IMG/VR virus record: IMGVR_UViG_3300021368_000002
Origin: a virus
Lineage: Duplodnaviria; Caudoviricetes
Reading direction: 5' to 3' (one strand)
DNA length: 64,000 bases
In this document: piece after piece, positions 18,560 through 28,030 of the stretch
Position numbering within the stretch: position 1 is the stretch's first letter
Layout: every line of letters starts with the position of its first letter
Position numbers and translations under genes: made by a program
Notes under the pieces: model-generated
What the model was told of the DNA's origin: nothing
Seen by the model: only the letters and a program-made list of their open reading frames with translations
The model's database searches: none

Positions 18560-18913
18560 TTAATATTGTGCTTCCCATTCGCTTCCGCCATTTCCGTAAG
18601 GAATAACTTCCACTTTTTTCACACGATCATATCTAAAGCTTCTGAAACCTTTTGACTCGATTGCCCATACAGCAATAACCTTATCGGATATCTCACGAAC
18701 TTTCTTTTGTGTGATAGGATCATCTTTTTTAGCAGGTGGCAACATACTTTCGATTAAAGTACACGGCATTTTTCTTTCTTCACCGTTTAATTTGGTAAAG
18801 GTAACTTCTACCACTTCCTTCTTAAGAAGATTTACTAGTTCTTCTCGTGTCGGAATGCCTTTTAGTGTTGCTACGGTATCAGCTACCGTAGACGATTGTG
18901 TCTGCGAGTCCAT
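18560..18913 (-). CDS. DUF2693/WYL-like SH3-fold phage protein
   Basis: [19 protein letters not shown]...[13 protein letters not shown]. Confidence 0.7.
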   Translation of the reverse strand: MDSQTQSSTVADTVATLKGIPTREELVNLLKKEVVEVTFTKLNGEERKMPCTLIESMLPPAKKDDPITQKKVREISDKVIAVWAIESKGFRSFRYDRVKKVEVIPYGNGGSEWEAQY

Positions 18914-19466
18914 ACTCTACTGCCTCCTCTGCGCTCATAAATGTGTCTCTATCCATATCTCTTTCAAAATCTTCGTAAGTCTTTCCTTTAGTGTTATGTT
19001 GCACATAAAGTTCGGTCAAACGTTTCTTCCAATATTGGATTTCACGATAACTAATTTCAATATCACTTGCCATCCCTCTTGCACCGCCACTTGGCTGATG
19101 AATCATATGACGAGCATTTGGTAACAGCATTCGCTTGCCTTCCTGTCCTGCTTGTGCTAGGAAACTACCCATTGAGCAAGCCTGTCCCATTACAATAGTG
19201 TGTACAGGTGATTTGATATATTGCATAGTATCATAAATGCCCATTCCAGATGTAATCACACCTCCAGGAGAATTTATATAAAACTTAATAGGTTTATCTG
19301 AGTTTTCTGCTTCTAAAAAAAGCATCTGTGCAATTACAATATTAGCACTATAATCCTCAACTGGACCATTAAGCATTACGATTCTATCTTTTAACAGACG
19401 ACTGTAAATATCATACGAACGTTCGCCGCGAGCTTCTTGCTCAACTACCATAGGTACTAATGGCAT
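18879..19466 (-). CDS. clpP: ATP-dependent Clp protease proteolytic subunit
   Basis: [46 protein letters not shown]. Confidence 0.95.
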   Translation of the reverse strand: MPLVPMVVEQEARGERSYDIYSRLLKDRIVMLNGPVEDYSANIVIAQMLFLEAENSDKPIKFYINSPGGVITSGMGIYDTMQYIKSPVHTIVMGQACSMGSFLAQAGQEGKRMLLPNARHMIHQPSGGARGMASDIEISYREIQYWKKRLTELYVQHNTKGKTYEDFERDMDRDTFMSAEEAVEYGLADTIVYGS

Positions 19467-19630
19467 TATAATTCCTCCCAAATTCCGATAAACTCAGCAA
19501 TAGCAAAAAACAAAGCTAGAGCTACGACTGAGCCTGTATAGGCTGCCCAAAGACAGCCACCTAATCTTACTGCACTCTTTACCAAACTTAAATAAAAGTG
19601 CTTTTTTGAAACATCTACTGGCTCAGGCAT
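19466..19630 (-). CDS. 54-aa membrane protein (missing from ORF track)
   Basis: [54 protein letters not shown]; stop overlaps the clpP ATG. Confidence 0.65.
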   Translation of the reverse strand: MPEPVDVSKKHFYLSLVKSAVRLGGCLWAAYTGSVVALALFFAIAEFIGIWEEL

Positions 19631-19826
19631 TTTTTACTTCTGCTAAAGGTTGGACACTGCTAGTGTCAATCCAGTCTGTTCCGTCTTTAGTAAACTGCCT
19701 AATAGTAGTTTCTTTTCTAAGCATACCGTCTTTAACACGATATGTTATAAATTCTTGTTTAACGACACCTTGAACATCTGCTTCAAAAGCAGAAATCAAT
19801 GGTCCGTCTAATTTACTATTCATCAT
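19623..19826 (-). CDS. Hypothetical protein
   Basis: ORF with AGGAG SD in a tightly packed run. Confidence 0.6.
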   Translation of the reverse strand: MMNSKLDGPLISAFEADVQGVVKQEFITYRVKDGMLRKETTIRQFTKDGTDWIDTSSVQPLAEVKNA

Positions 19827-19832
19827 AATCTC

Positions 19833-20018
19833 CTAGTGTAATGTTACTTCTTCTGTTGGATCAATACCAAAAAACTTTTTACAAATTTCTACAATGGTTT
19901 CTGGTACTTCAGCATCGTCTTCACCTTCTGGAATAAACATTCCTTTAAGTGATCCGTCTTTACCGATAATAAGACCCCAATCATCTTCATCTAATGCATC
20001 TTCAAAAGTTGTTTTCAT
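19833..20018 (-). CDS. Small acidic hypothetical protein
   Basis: ORF overlapping neighbour by ATGA. Confidence 0.6.
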   Translation of the reverse strand: MKTTFEDALDEDDWGLIIGKDGSLKGMFIPEGEDDAEVPETIVEICKKFFGIDPTEEVTLH

Positions 20019-20245
20019 TTTTTTCCTAACAATTTAAGATTCAAAACAAAGTTCTCAACTAATAGTTTAACAATGATTGCTTTGTTTGTCAAGTCATCAT
20101 TTTCCATTTCAGCAACGTGCATTGCCATTAAGTTAAAAGCCTCAGATTCACTTATGTTTAGTTCTCCCCAGTCAATAGGGTCAACGTTTTCGGTTTCTTT
20201 AGCAAGCTCTGCTAGTAGCTGCCAATCAGTCCCAGAGGCTTTCAT
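20015..20245 (-). CDS. Hypothetical protein
   Basis: Packed ORF. Confidence 0.55.
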   Translation of the reverse strand: MKASGTDWQLLAELAKETENVDPIDWGELNISESEAFNLMAMHVAEMENDDLTNKAIIVKLLVENFVLNLKLLGKK

Positions 20246-20663
20246 AGTATTTCCCAAATAATTTAAATCCGTTGCTTATACGTTCTTGTTCTTTGTCCAT
20301 TGCGTCTCTTTCTGTCTTTAGATCGAAACGCATATAAACTTCGTCTTTGTTTACCTTAGAGTCGAACGCATATATCATTTCGTCTAAAACCCAGTCCCAA
20401 CGTTTAAAAAAGTTTTCGTCTGTTTCACCAACTTGTGCGTACAGTTTATTAAACGCTTCTGCATCGGGTGGCCACAACTCTTCAGGCACATCTTTAAACT
20501 CTACAGCCGGAGCACCGTGTTTTGTTTCCTTTAGTTGCTTGAGCATAGGAAGTACAATATGTGCAAGAGTGTAGTCCATACTCCAAGTATCCCAAGGATC
20601 AATTTGTACTTCTACTACCTGGTCTTCACCGTCATCTGTATAATTTTCAATGTTTACTTTCAT
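20226..20663 (-). CDS. Conserved phage protein (IDxWDTWSMDxTLAxI...RWDWVLDEMI type)
   Basis: Motif familiar from T4-like phage hypotheticals. Confidence 0.65.
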   Translation of the reverse strand: MKVNIENYTDDGEDQVVEVQIDPWDTWSMDYTLAHIVLPMLKQLKETKHGAPAVEFKDVPEELWPPDAEAFNKLYAQVGETDENFFKRWDWVLDEMIYAFDSKVNKDEVYMRFDLKTERDAMDKEQERISNGFKLFGKYYESLWD

Positions 20664-20892
20664 AAGTAGCATACTCTGGCCATTGTGCAGCAAAACTATC
20701 TGCATCTAATTTATGTTCAAAGATAAAAGTATCTTCATAAACGTCTGTGTATTCTTTTACGATCCACTGATGTTGGAACATTTGAATCTTACAATATTCT
20801 TTACCTTGACTCCGCAAGTCACTGTGCAACCTAACCACATAGCCGTTTGGTTCCCAGCGTTTTTTATATTCAAATATCTCTATTGGTGTCAT
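20647..20892 (-). CDS. Hypothetical protein
   Basis: Packed ORF. Confidence 0.55.
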   Translation of the reverse strand: MTPIEIFEYKKRWEPNGYVVRLHSDLRSQGKEYCKIQMFQHQWIVKEYTDVYEDTFIFEHKLDADSFAAQWPEYATYESKH

Positions 20893-21484
20893 CTTCAGCC
20901 TTAATTTTCTTTTTGATTGTTTTATGAATGCCTTCATTCACTTTCAATACCGAAGGCATCATTTCATGTCTAATAAAGTTACGTGTGTAATGTAAGTCTT
21001 CGTTGCTTTCATCTTCGATGTAAGGAACGTTTTTTAGATCTAACCACAATTTAAAATCACGCTTTCTGTTTAATCTAAAAGGGCGAATTACATTACGTCT
21101 GCGATAAGGAATAATTTTAGGATTGCCATGCATACTACTCCATACCCAAGTTTCTACACAATCATCTAAATGATGAGCTGTGATGATAGGAGCATCATCA
21201 AACCTATCAAAAAAAGCATAACGCTTTTCACGCCAGAACGCTTCTCTACTTAGCCCTGGTGGAATTGTCTCCTTGTTTTGTTCATACAACAAATCAATAT
21301 CATTTTCACCACAATACTTTAGCATAAACTTCATTGCCTTGTCACCATGAGCGGTTCCGTGATGGTAGTGTAAAATTCTTACAGAATGATTTCTTTTGAG
21401 AAAGTCAACTACCGCCATAGAGTCTATGCCTCCGGAACAAGCAACATAAATTTCTCTCGGCAACTTACCCTGAAGTTTTATCAT
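20870..21484 (-). CDS. tilS: tRNA(Ile)-lysidine synthase-like PP-loop enzyme
   Basis: VACSGGIDSM PP-loop, TAHHLDDCVET, IRPF, IEDESN, YTRNFIRH. Confidence 0.85.
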   Translation of the reverse strand: MIKLQGKLPREIYVACSGGIDSMAVVDFLKRNHSVRILHYHHGTAHGDKAMKFMLKYCGENDIDLLYEQNKETIPPGLSREAFWREKRYAFFDRFDDAPIITAHHLDDCVETWVWSSMHGNPKIIPYRRRNVIRPFRLNRKRDFKLWLDLKNVPYIEDESNEDLHYTRNFIRHEMMPSVLKVNEGIHKTIKKKIKAEDDTNRDI

Positions 21485-21680
21485 CGCACCATTCTCTCCA
21501 AGGTACAATTTCCATGTCTTTGCCAACGCCTTCTGTTTTTAGAAAACCTTGTTCAATAAGGCCATCAATAATCTGTTCAGTCGCTGAATGCGCCATACTG
21601 TTTTGGCCCCAACGCCAGCCTACATATGTAAAAACTATTGCTGTTCCTAAAAGCCAAACTTCATTTATCCACAGTTCCAT
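21465..21680 (-). CDS. Small membrane protein
   Basis: N-terminal TM segment. Confidence 0.55.
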   Translation of the reverse strand: MELWINEVWLLGTAIVFTYVGWRWGQNSMAHSATEQIIDGLIEQGFLKTEGVGKDMEIVPWREWCDDKTSG

Positions 21681-22351
21681 TATACTTTATACACCTTTAC
21701 ATAATTTAGAGCAGTTTCGTTTACATCAAATAAACGGTTTTTAGTATGTGCTTTTACTTTAGCACGGAATTTTCTACGTTCGCCTTCTGGAATCTCAAAT
21801 TTACTCCAAAAGCTAATTAAGTTACCCATGTAATCGGCAGTGTAGGCATACCGTTCGTAATGGGTGCTATAATGTGTGTTCAAAACCTGACATACACCTT
21901 CTACACTATCTCCTACACCGCCAATATACAAACTGTCACGATACTCTGTGCGGATTTTTTTCTTCATTGCGTTATCTTTAATTTCACGCTTAACTAATTC
22001 TGGCACATATGCTACAATACCTAGTTTACTATATTCTACAGTATCACTGCTAATAGCATCAAAAACATTTTGCTGGAATTCGTTTAATTGCTCTCCTAAT
22101 ACTCCTAACGTATATCTACGAAAATGCTTCATAGCATCATCTACGTTTTCATAATCTTCAGCTGTAGTCTTTACAGGAGTAAAATCGTCTGGGCGAAACT
22201 CAGGACGGAATTGGAATTTAATCATATCCTTGTTTGAAAACAAAGTTTTGTTTTCGGGTTCAGAAAACCTATATGTATCTTTTACATATCCGTCGTTAAG
22301 TTTGTATACTGCAAAAGCAACAGCCATTACGTCTTGAGTCTTGAATTCCAT
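21680..22351 (-). CDS. Conserved phage protein with C-terminal OB-like region
   Basis: 223-aa ORF; promoter TTGACA upstream. Confidence 0.55.
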   Translation of the reverse strand: MEFKTQDVMAVAFAVYKLNDGYVKDTYRFSEPENKTLFSNKDMIKFQFRPEFRPDDFTPVKTTAEDYENVDDAMKHFRRYTLGVLGEQLNEFQQNVFDAISSDTVEYSKLGIVAYVPELVKREIKDNAMKKKIRTEYRDSLYIGGVGDSVEGVCQVLNTHYSTHYERYAYTADYMGNLISFWSKFEIPEGERRKFRAKVKAHTKNRLFDVNETALNYVKVYKV

Positions 22352-22404
22352 TTTAGCCTCTTTTAGTTTTTACTTTACAAGTATAACACCTTTACAACCA
22401 TTTG

Positions 22405-22839
22405 TCAACGGTCATGTGTCCAGTTTTTGTTACCTAAATTATTATCTTGTGCCCATCTGACAAACAACCCTACTTCTCGTCCATGTGCTTCAATTTCCCA
22501 AGGTCTATCCCAATAATCTGTTTTAGGATCTATTAACTTGCCTTGCCATTTACTACATCTATCGTCAAGTTCATTTCTAGCATACTGTTTGACATGGACC
22601 ATTTCGTGTGCAACAGTTTCCAACAATCTACGCAAACGCATAGATCTGTCAACTTCTATTTCAAAATGACGCTTGTCTAAACTCAAACAATATCCATATG
22701 CATCTTTTGGACTTGTAAGATTAATTTCAATATGGAGAGAACGCATTCTAGGCATGAGCTTTTGAATACAATATTCTGCCATGCTAGTTACGTAGTTTTT
22801 TTGGCGTTCAGTGCCGCCTTGCACAAGTATAATGTTCAT
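22405..22839 (-). CDS. Zincin-type metallopeptidase-like protein
   Basis: TVAHEMVHVKQ (HExxH) and PWEIEA. Confidence 0.75.
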   Translation of the reverse strand: MNIILVQGGTERQKNYVTSMAEYCIQKLMPRMRSLHIEINLTSPKDAYGYCLSLDKRHFEIEVDRSMRLRRLLETVAHEMVHVKQYARNELDDRCSKWQGKLIDPKTDYWDRPWEIEAHGREVGLFVRWAQDNNLGNKNWTHDR

Positions 22840-22882
22840 ACTACTAATATAACATCATTTGTTAATTAGTCAAGCAATTTGG

Positions 22883-23104
22883 CTAAAGTCTAAAGGTAAT
22901 CCTTCCTTTTTCCAAATCATAGGGTGTCATTTCTACCCTAACCTTGTCGCCCTGAACTAAGCGTATTCTAAATTGTCTCATCTTACCTGCGGTATACGCA
23001 GTTACAATATGTTCATTCTCTAATTGTACTTTGAACATTTGGTTTGGAAGAACTTCTACAATTTCTCCCTCAAGCTCGAATAGATCACTATTCTTTGCCA
23101 TCAT
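22883..23104 (-). CDS. infA: Translation initiation factor IF-1
   Basis: [21 protein letters not shown]...[33 protein letters not shown]. Confidence 0.95.
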   Translation of the reverse strand: MMAKNSDLFELEGEIVEVLPNQMFKVQLENEHIVTAYTAGKMRQFRIRLVQGDKVRVEMTPYDLEKGRITFRL

Positions 23105-23276
23105 CGTCCTCTACATCAGAAAGTATGAGACTTCCTTTGTCGCCTACCATTATTTTAATTCTTGTGCCTTCTCCCCAGCCTTTTGCTTCTAAAATTTCTG
23201 GGGGAATTGTCATTAGAACATTATCTGGGTCGTTTGGATCTTCTTCAAAAATGTCTTCGTATTTGTATTCTTTCAT
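23088..23276 (-). CDS. AbrB/MazE-like small protein
   Basis: [22 protein letters not shown]. Confidence 0.6.
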   Translation of the reverse strand: MKEYKYEDIFEEDPNDPDNVLMTIPPEILEAKGWGEGTRIKIMVGDKGSLILSDVEDDDGKE

Positions 23277-23279
23277 ATG

Positions 23280-23975
23280 TTATTTATTACTCCAAACATA
23301 AGCACTATAACCTTTGCCGTTTGTGTCACCGCCAGCATTATCAATTTCAGTACCATCATACTCAACACTTTCGACAGTGTCATCACCGTTCCAGTATTCG
23401 TTAGTATAGAACTTTAATTTTTTAGGATCAAATGCCTTGTTAGTTTCAATAACTCCATCAAAGAATGTGCCTTTTTCAGCACTCCATACTTGACAAACAT
23501 AATCAGGCTGTTCTGCTTCAACTACATCCATTTCGATTAAATTTGCTTCATCTTCGTATTGTTCAACTAGTTCTGGTAAATCTTGTCCATTAATAATTGT
23601 AGACTTTGTAGGAGCCATGTAATCATCTGACTCAACTTCTTCTACTGTTATACGGGCTGAATAATAATCTACACCATATTGATGAACTGCTTCAGTTGGT
23701 GCTTCATACCAGCTACTAATATAGCCTTCTTCATCTTTTAAGAAGGCATACTTGTCATCAATTTCTTGTTCACCTTCGTCGTCTAAAACATATTCCACTA
23801 GTTCATTATCGCCGTCTTCTTCATGCTTAGCCTGCCAATATTCAAACTGTTCTTTGTTAAGACCAATATATGCACTTTCACCACCATAACCATAAAGCAT
23901 AACTCTATAGTAGCGAACAGGGTTTTTGATTGTTTCTACCAACTCCTTATTTTCTTCTGAGGTATATGTGGTCAT
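23280..23975 (-). CDS. Acidic hypothetical protein
   Basis: 231-aa ORF. Confidence 0.6.
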   Translation of the reverse strand: MTTYTSEENKELVETIKNPVRYYRVMLYGYGGESAYIGLNKEQFEYWQAKHEEDGDNELVEYVLDDEGEQEIDDKYAFLKDEEGYISSWYEAPTEAVHQYGVDYYSARITVEEVESDDYMAPTKSTIINGQDLPELVEQYEDEANLIEMDVVEAEQPDYVCQVWSAEKGTFFDGVIETNKAFDPKKLKFYTNEYWNGDDTVESVEYDGTEIDNAGGDTNGKGYSAYVWSNK

Positions 23976-24193
23976 TTTTTATACTCCATTTCGGTTTTAA
24001 TTTCATTACCTTGTTTATCGTTAGCAATACCATATGCTATACTTTGTATATCATCTAACAACGCCTGACAAGATATTTTATCATACTCTTTGCCTGATAT
24101 CTCAGCAAATTGGTTGCGGAGTCTATGTAACTCTACAGCCTTATCATGCATAAGATTAATTCTTCTAATCAAGTCTTCAACAGTATGTAACAT
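23972..24193 (-). CDS. Hypothetical protein
   Basis: AGGAG SD. Confidence 0.6.
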   Translation of the reverse strand: MLHTVEDLIRRINLMHDKAVELHRLRNQFAEISGKEYDKISCQALLDDIQSIAYGIANDKQGNEIKTEMEYKK

Positions 24194-24211
24194 AGGTTCT
24201 CCTTTTTAAAT

Positions 24212-24233
24212 GAGAGGCTAACCGTGGCCTCTC
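24212..24233 (-). terminator. Hairpin after the peroxiredoxin gene
   Basis: GAGAGGC-CACGGTTA-GCCTCTC; weak U tract. Confidence 0.5.
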
Positions 24234-24242
24234 GCGAGCATA

Positions 24243-24794
24243 TTAAGCTGCTACCCTACCCCTAGTTTTCTGCAGATATTTTACGCAGTTTTCAGGAGTT
24301 GTCTGTTCGTACGGATCATCATCCGCACCTTCGTTATTAATTCCCGGCTCTTGCCACCATTCTTCGACTACACCGTCATTAATCACGCACATATAGCGCC
24401 ATGAACGCATACCAAATCCTAGATGGTTCTTACCGATAAGCATACCCATATATCGTGTAAAGTTACCAGACCCGTCTGGAATTACTTTAACGTTTTGAAT
24501 TTCCTGTTGCTTTGCCCAAGCATTCATAACAAAAGCATCGTTTACACTGATACAGTATACTTCGTCGATGTCTTGGTTACGAATCTCATCGTAATTTTCT
24601 TCAAATCCCGGAAGCTGATATGTAGAGCAAGTGGGTGTAAATGCACCTGGTAAACTAAACAATACAACTCTTTTACCTTTAAACAACTCATCACTAGTAA
24701 CGTCTTGCCAGCGATAAGGATTTGGGCCTTCGATTGATTCATCTCGGACTCTAGTTCTAAAAGTAACGCAGGGAGGAACGAAACCTTTAATCAT
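24243..24794 (-). CDS. Peroxiredoxin (Prx5/PRX_like)
   Basis: FSLPGAFTPTCS, ISVNDAFVM, IPDGSGNF, RSWRY. Confidence 0.9.
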   Translation of the reverse strand: MIKGFVPPCVTFRTRVRDESIEGPNPYRWQDVTSDELFKGKRVVLFSLPGAFTPTCSTYQLPGFEENYDEIRNQDIDEVYCISVNDAFVMNAWAKQQEIQNVKVIPDGSGNFTRYMGMLIGKNHLGFGMRSWRYMCVINDGVVEEWWQEPGINNEGADDDPYEQTTPENCVKYLQKTRGRVAA

Positions 24795-24911
24795 ATATAT
24801 TCTCCTTTAGGTTTATGTTATTAAATAATAACGCATTATTTACAGTTTGTCAACCATTTTCTTTCCAAAAAAGGTTAAATACATATGTAATAGCAGAGCG
24901 TGAGGGCGCAT

Positions 24912-25190
24912 ATGGATTTTTTAAGTTTAGTATCAGATGTAGGTTTTCCAATAGCTAGTGCTCTAGCAGCTGGAGCATTTGTTTTTACTACACTTAAATT
25001 TATCCTAGCTGGAGTTACAGGTTCCGTTAACAGTTTAAAAAACATAATCGGTGCATTAGACAATCGTGTGCAAACTATGAACAATGATCTTATAAAGATT
25101 GATGCTTTATTAAGTTACACTCTTAACATAAGACCAAACGTCGATAGGATAGCAGCAAATGAGGGCAAAGAAGATGCAAGGAGAGACTAA
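24912..25190 (+). CDS. Small membrane protein (YvrJ/BhlA-like GFP motif), paralog of 25413
   Basis: MDFLSLVSDVGFPIA, TM, coiled coil. Confidence 0.65.
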   Translation: MDFLSLVSDVGFPIASALAAGAFVFTTLKFILAGVTGSVNSLKNIIGALDNRVQTMNNDLIKIDALLSYTLNIRPNVDRIAANEGKEDARRD

Positions 25191-25438
25191 TGTTTTGGTT
25201 AGATTATACAGTTGAAAGTATAGGATTACACGGACAAGCATTTCGTGTAAAAGGCGATTGGCCAGGTGAAGTAATGGGCGTTGCCAAAGATGGCACACCT
25301 AAAGATAACTGGCTCTACAAACCAGGTGATGTTTATATCGTAGACGATAATGGATGGTTACGCAAGTCAGATCATCTATCAGCCCTCATGATGAAGTATG
25401 AGGACGGTAAAAATGGATCTAGCAGCAGCAGTCAGTGA
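25190..25438 (+). CDS. Hypothetical protein
   Basis: Coupled ORF. Confidence 0.55.
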   Translation: MFWLDYTVESIGLHGQAFRVKGDWPGEVMGVAKDGTPKDNWLYKPGDVYIVDDNGWLRKSDHLSALMMKYEDGKNGSSSSSQ

Positions 25439-25739
25439 ATATGGATTTCCAATAATCGCTGCATTCGGTTTAGGATATTTTGTTTATTATATTTGGAAAT
25501 GGGTGACAACAGAAATCAATCCTGTCGTCGGCGAAGCAAGTAAGACATTAATCCAATTAGTAGATCGAGTGCGTATGCTAGATAATGATATGATAAGGTT
25601 AAACCAAAAATTATCTATGGTCCTTGAATATCGAGCAAAACTTAATCCGCAAAGGCAAAATGAGTTGCAAAGGCTAGTTGATGAATACAAAGCTCAGTCA
25701 ACTTCATCAGATACAACAGGAGAAGAAAAAAATGAATGA
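25413..25739 (+). CDS. Small membrane protein (YvrJ/BhlA-like GFP motif), paralog of 24912
   Basis: MDLAAAVSEYGFPII, TM, coiled coil. Confidence 0.65.
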   Translation: MDLAAAVSEYGFPIIAAFGLGYFVYYIWKWVTTEINPVVGEASKTLIQLVDRVRMLDNDMIRLNQKLSMVLEYRAKLNPQRQNELQRLVDEYKAQSTSSDTTGEEKNE

Positions 25740-25842
25740 TTGTAAATGTGAAAAATGCAAATGTGATAGTCATTGCGGCCAAGAGTGCAAAAATTGTGCA
25801 AACGATGTTTGCACAGGTTGTGTATGTGAGAAATGTAAATGA
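25732..25842 (+). CDS. Metallothionein-like 36-aa peptide (missing from ORF track)
   Basis: MNDCKCEKCKCDSHCGQECKNCANDVCTGCVCEKCK; 11 Cys; AGGAG SD. Confidence 0.7.
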   Translation: MNDCKCEKCKCDSHCGQECKNCANDVCTGCVCEKCK

Positions 25843-25991
25843 GTAAATGGGATAAATGGCTTAGCAAACAAAATGATGCTACCCGTACATACTTTGAAAA
25901 TCGTATGGCAGAAGAAGCTCCTTTTATTTACACTTGTGTAGGTATTGGTTTCTTTTGGGGTTTTGTTATTGCTACTTTGTTGATGCTATAA
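25839..25991 (+). CDS. 50-aa membrane peptide (missing from ORF track)
   Basis: ATGA-coupled; MSKWDKWL...GIGFFWGFVIATLLML. Confidence 0.55.
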   Translation: MSKWDKWLSKQNDATRTYFENRMAEEAPFIYTCVGIGFFWGFVIATLLML

Positions 25992-28023
25992 ACACACCAT
26001 TCCAATCTTCAGGAAGATCTTGAGTTTTCATATACTCACAGCGTTCTATCCACATTTTATAGTAGCCCTCTAATTTATGATCAAAGTGTCCTTTAAGCAT
26101 ACGGCATTTTTCTATAGCATCGTCAAATCTTTGAGCTCGATAATCTTCATGCATTTGTGCGTGTTTCTTTTGGGCTGATGCCCATGCAGGCCCTACATCA
26201 TCTAATACAGTATAAATTGCAAGTCCTACACTTTTGCCCTTGACTTGTAAATCGTCTACTTTTAAGTAGAAGAAATCATCCTTAGTGGCTTCGTAAGTTG
26301 CCTCTCCAACTAAGAGTAAACATCCATACTCTTTGCATTTTGATTCAATACGTGCTGCTGTTGATACAGCATCTCCTAAGACATCATAGGAATGGCGCCT
26401 TGTAGAGCCCATTTCGCCAAGGTAACCCAAGCCAGTATTAATACCAGCACCCATGCCCACTGGCGGGCGGTTGTGTCTTTGTAATGCCACATTAAATTTC
26501 TCCACCGCTTTTAACATATCTAATCCGCATTGGACTGCGGTTTTAGGATGTTGAGGATCATCAATTGGTGCATTATGGATATGCATACTTGCATCACCTA
26601 TATACTTTATTACCATTCCGTCTGAATCAAGAATAGGTTGTGTAATAGCATCCATATAGCCGTTCATTATTTTTGTTAGTCCTTTAACATCGTCACCAAA
26701 GGATTCTCCTAAAGGCGTAAAGCCTCGTAAATCTGAAAATAGTATTGATACTTCTTTTTTCATTCCTTCTTTAATTAGTGCAGGATTCTCCTGTAACAAA
26801 CGTACCACAGTAGGAGATGCATATCCTGCAAATTGTTTTTTAATTGCTTGCTTTTGTATAAATTCAGAAACAAATCTATTAAAGACTGCATGAAGGCCTA
26901 CTAACAGCACAGTAGCTAATGGCATTGTTATATCTAACAAATATAGATAATTTATCCACGCATAATGTGCTGCATAAATCAATCCTCCCGCAAACACAAC
27001 TATTTTAATACCAACAAGCCAGTAAGGAGCAAATCGTGCAAGTAGCACAAGAGCTATGCCCAAGACTGCTGTTGTCATCAATTCTGCTAATAGTGCCCAG
27101 TAAGGACGTTCTATTTGATCGCCATCTAATACTGTTTGTAAAGTTACTGCTGCTGGAATATAGTTGTGTTGCGGTCCGGTCGGACTTGCGATTAAGCCTC
27201 CAATGCCTTCTGCTGTTACGCCTACTATCACTGTTTTGCCTTCTACGATACTAAAATCATCCTCCGCTGAGCTCACACTAGGAAATTCTTTATTCCAGCG
27301 TAGCCATATTTGTCCGTTAGGATCGGTCCTAACGATTGGATAACCTGGCACCCTTACAGCTTCAACGCCTCCTTCATTAGCCTTAATTTGATAGGATGGA
27401 GCACCAGTAGCAACTCGTATAACTTCAACTGCTACAGCAGGATACGTATCTTCCCCAATACGCATTAGGAGCGGCACTCTACGCACTACACCGTCGATTT
27501 CTGGAAAAGTGTTAAGCACACCTACACCGTCGGCATTATCTCCTAGCAGTTGTATAGGTCCCAGCATCCCTGGCCATTCAAATAAGAACGGAATAGGATC
27601 ACCTATCTTCGCAACTCCACGCGGCACTGGGTTGCGGCTTACACCGGATGTAGTTCCCGTTTGGGCAATAACCACACCGTTTCCTACAAGTGCTTCGGCT
27701 AATGTCATATCTCCGCCGAGCCTATCTGGTTCCGAGAATAACATAGGCATTACAATAATGCCAGCACCTGCTTCACGAAGCTTCCAAACTATGTCTGCAA
27801 GAACATCACGCTTCCAGGGCCATTGACCATACTTTTCAATAGCTGTTTCGTCGATGGTGACTACTGCAATATCCTGGGATAATATCACCTCATCTTGTGC
27901 TTGGAGTAGATCAAACTGCTTGAGGCGAGCTGTTTGGACAATGGTACCATCCCCATAGTGTATGAGTATCATAACTATAGCTGTAATAAATGCTAATGTC
28001 CAATGTGTGATCCACTTTGTCAT
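25972..28023 (-). CDS. CHASE2-domain class III adenylate/guanylate cyclase
   Basis: N-terminal TM, CHASE2 (IAVVTIDETAIEKYGQWPW, DGVVRRVPL), 3 TMs, FSDLRGFT, KYIGDA, GDAVSTAARIE. Confidence 0.92.
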   Translation of the reverse strand: MTKWITHWTLAFITAIVMILIHYGDGTIVQTARLKQFDLLQAQDEVILSQDIAVVTIDETAIEKYGQWPWKRDVLADIVWKLREAGAGIIVMPMLFSEPDRLGGDMTLAEALVGNGVVIAQTGTTSGVSRNPVPRGVAKIGDPIPFLFEWPGMLGPIQLLGDNADGVGVLNTFPEIDGVVRRVPLLMRIGEDTYPAVAVEVIRVATGAPSYQIKANEGGVEAVRVPGYPIVRTDPNGQIWLRWNKEFPSVSSAEDDFSIVEGKTVIVGVTAEGIGGLIASPTGPQHNYIPAAVTLQTVLDGDQIERPYWALLAELMTTAVLGIALVLLARFAPYWLVGIKIVVFAGGLIYAAHYAWINYLYLLDITMPLATVLLVGLHAVFNRFVSEFIQKQAIKKQFAGYASPTVVRLLQENPALIKEGMKKEVSILFSDLRGFTPLGESFGDDVKGLTKIMNGYMDAITQPILDSDGMVIKYIGDASMHIHNAPIDDPQHPKTAVQCGLDMLKAVEKFNVALQRHNRPPVGMGAGINTGLGYLGEMGSTRRHSYDVLGDAVSTAARIESKCKEYGCLLLVGEATYEATKDDFFYLKVDDLQVKGKSVGLAIYTVLDDVGPAWASAQKKHAQMHEDYRAQRFDDAIEKCRMLKGHFDHKLEGYYKMWIERCEYMKTQDLPEDWNGVFIASTK

Positions 28024-28030
28024 ATAGTAT

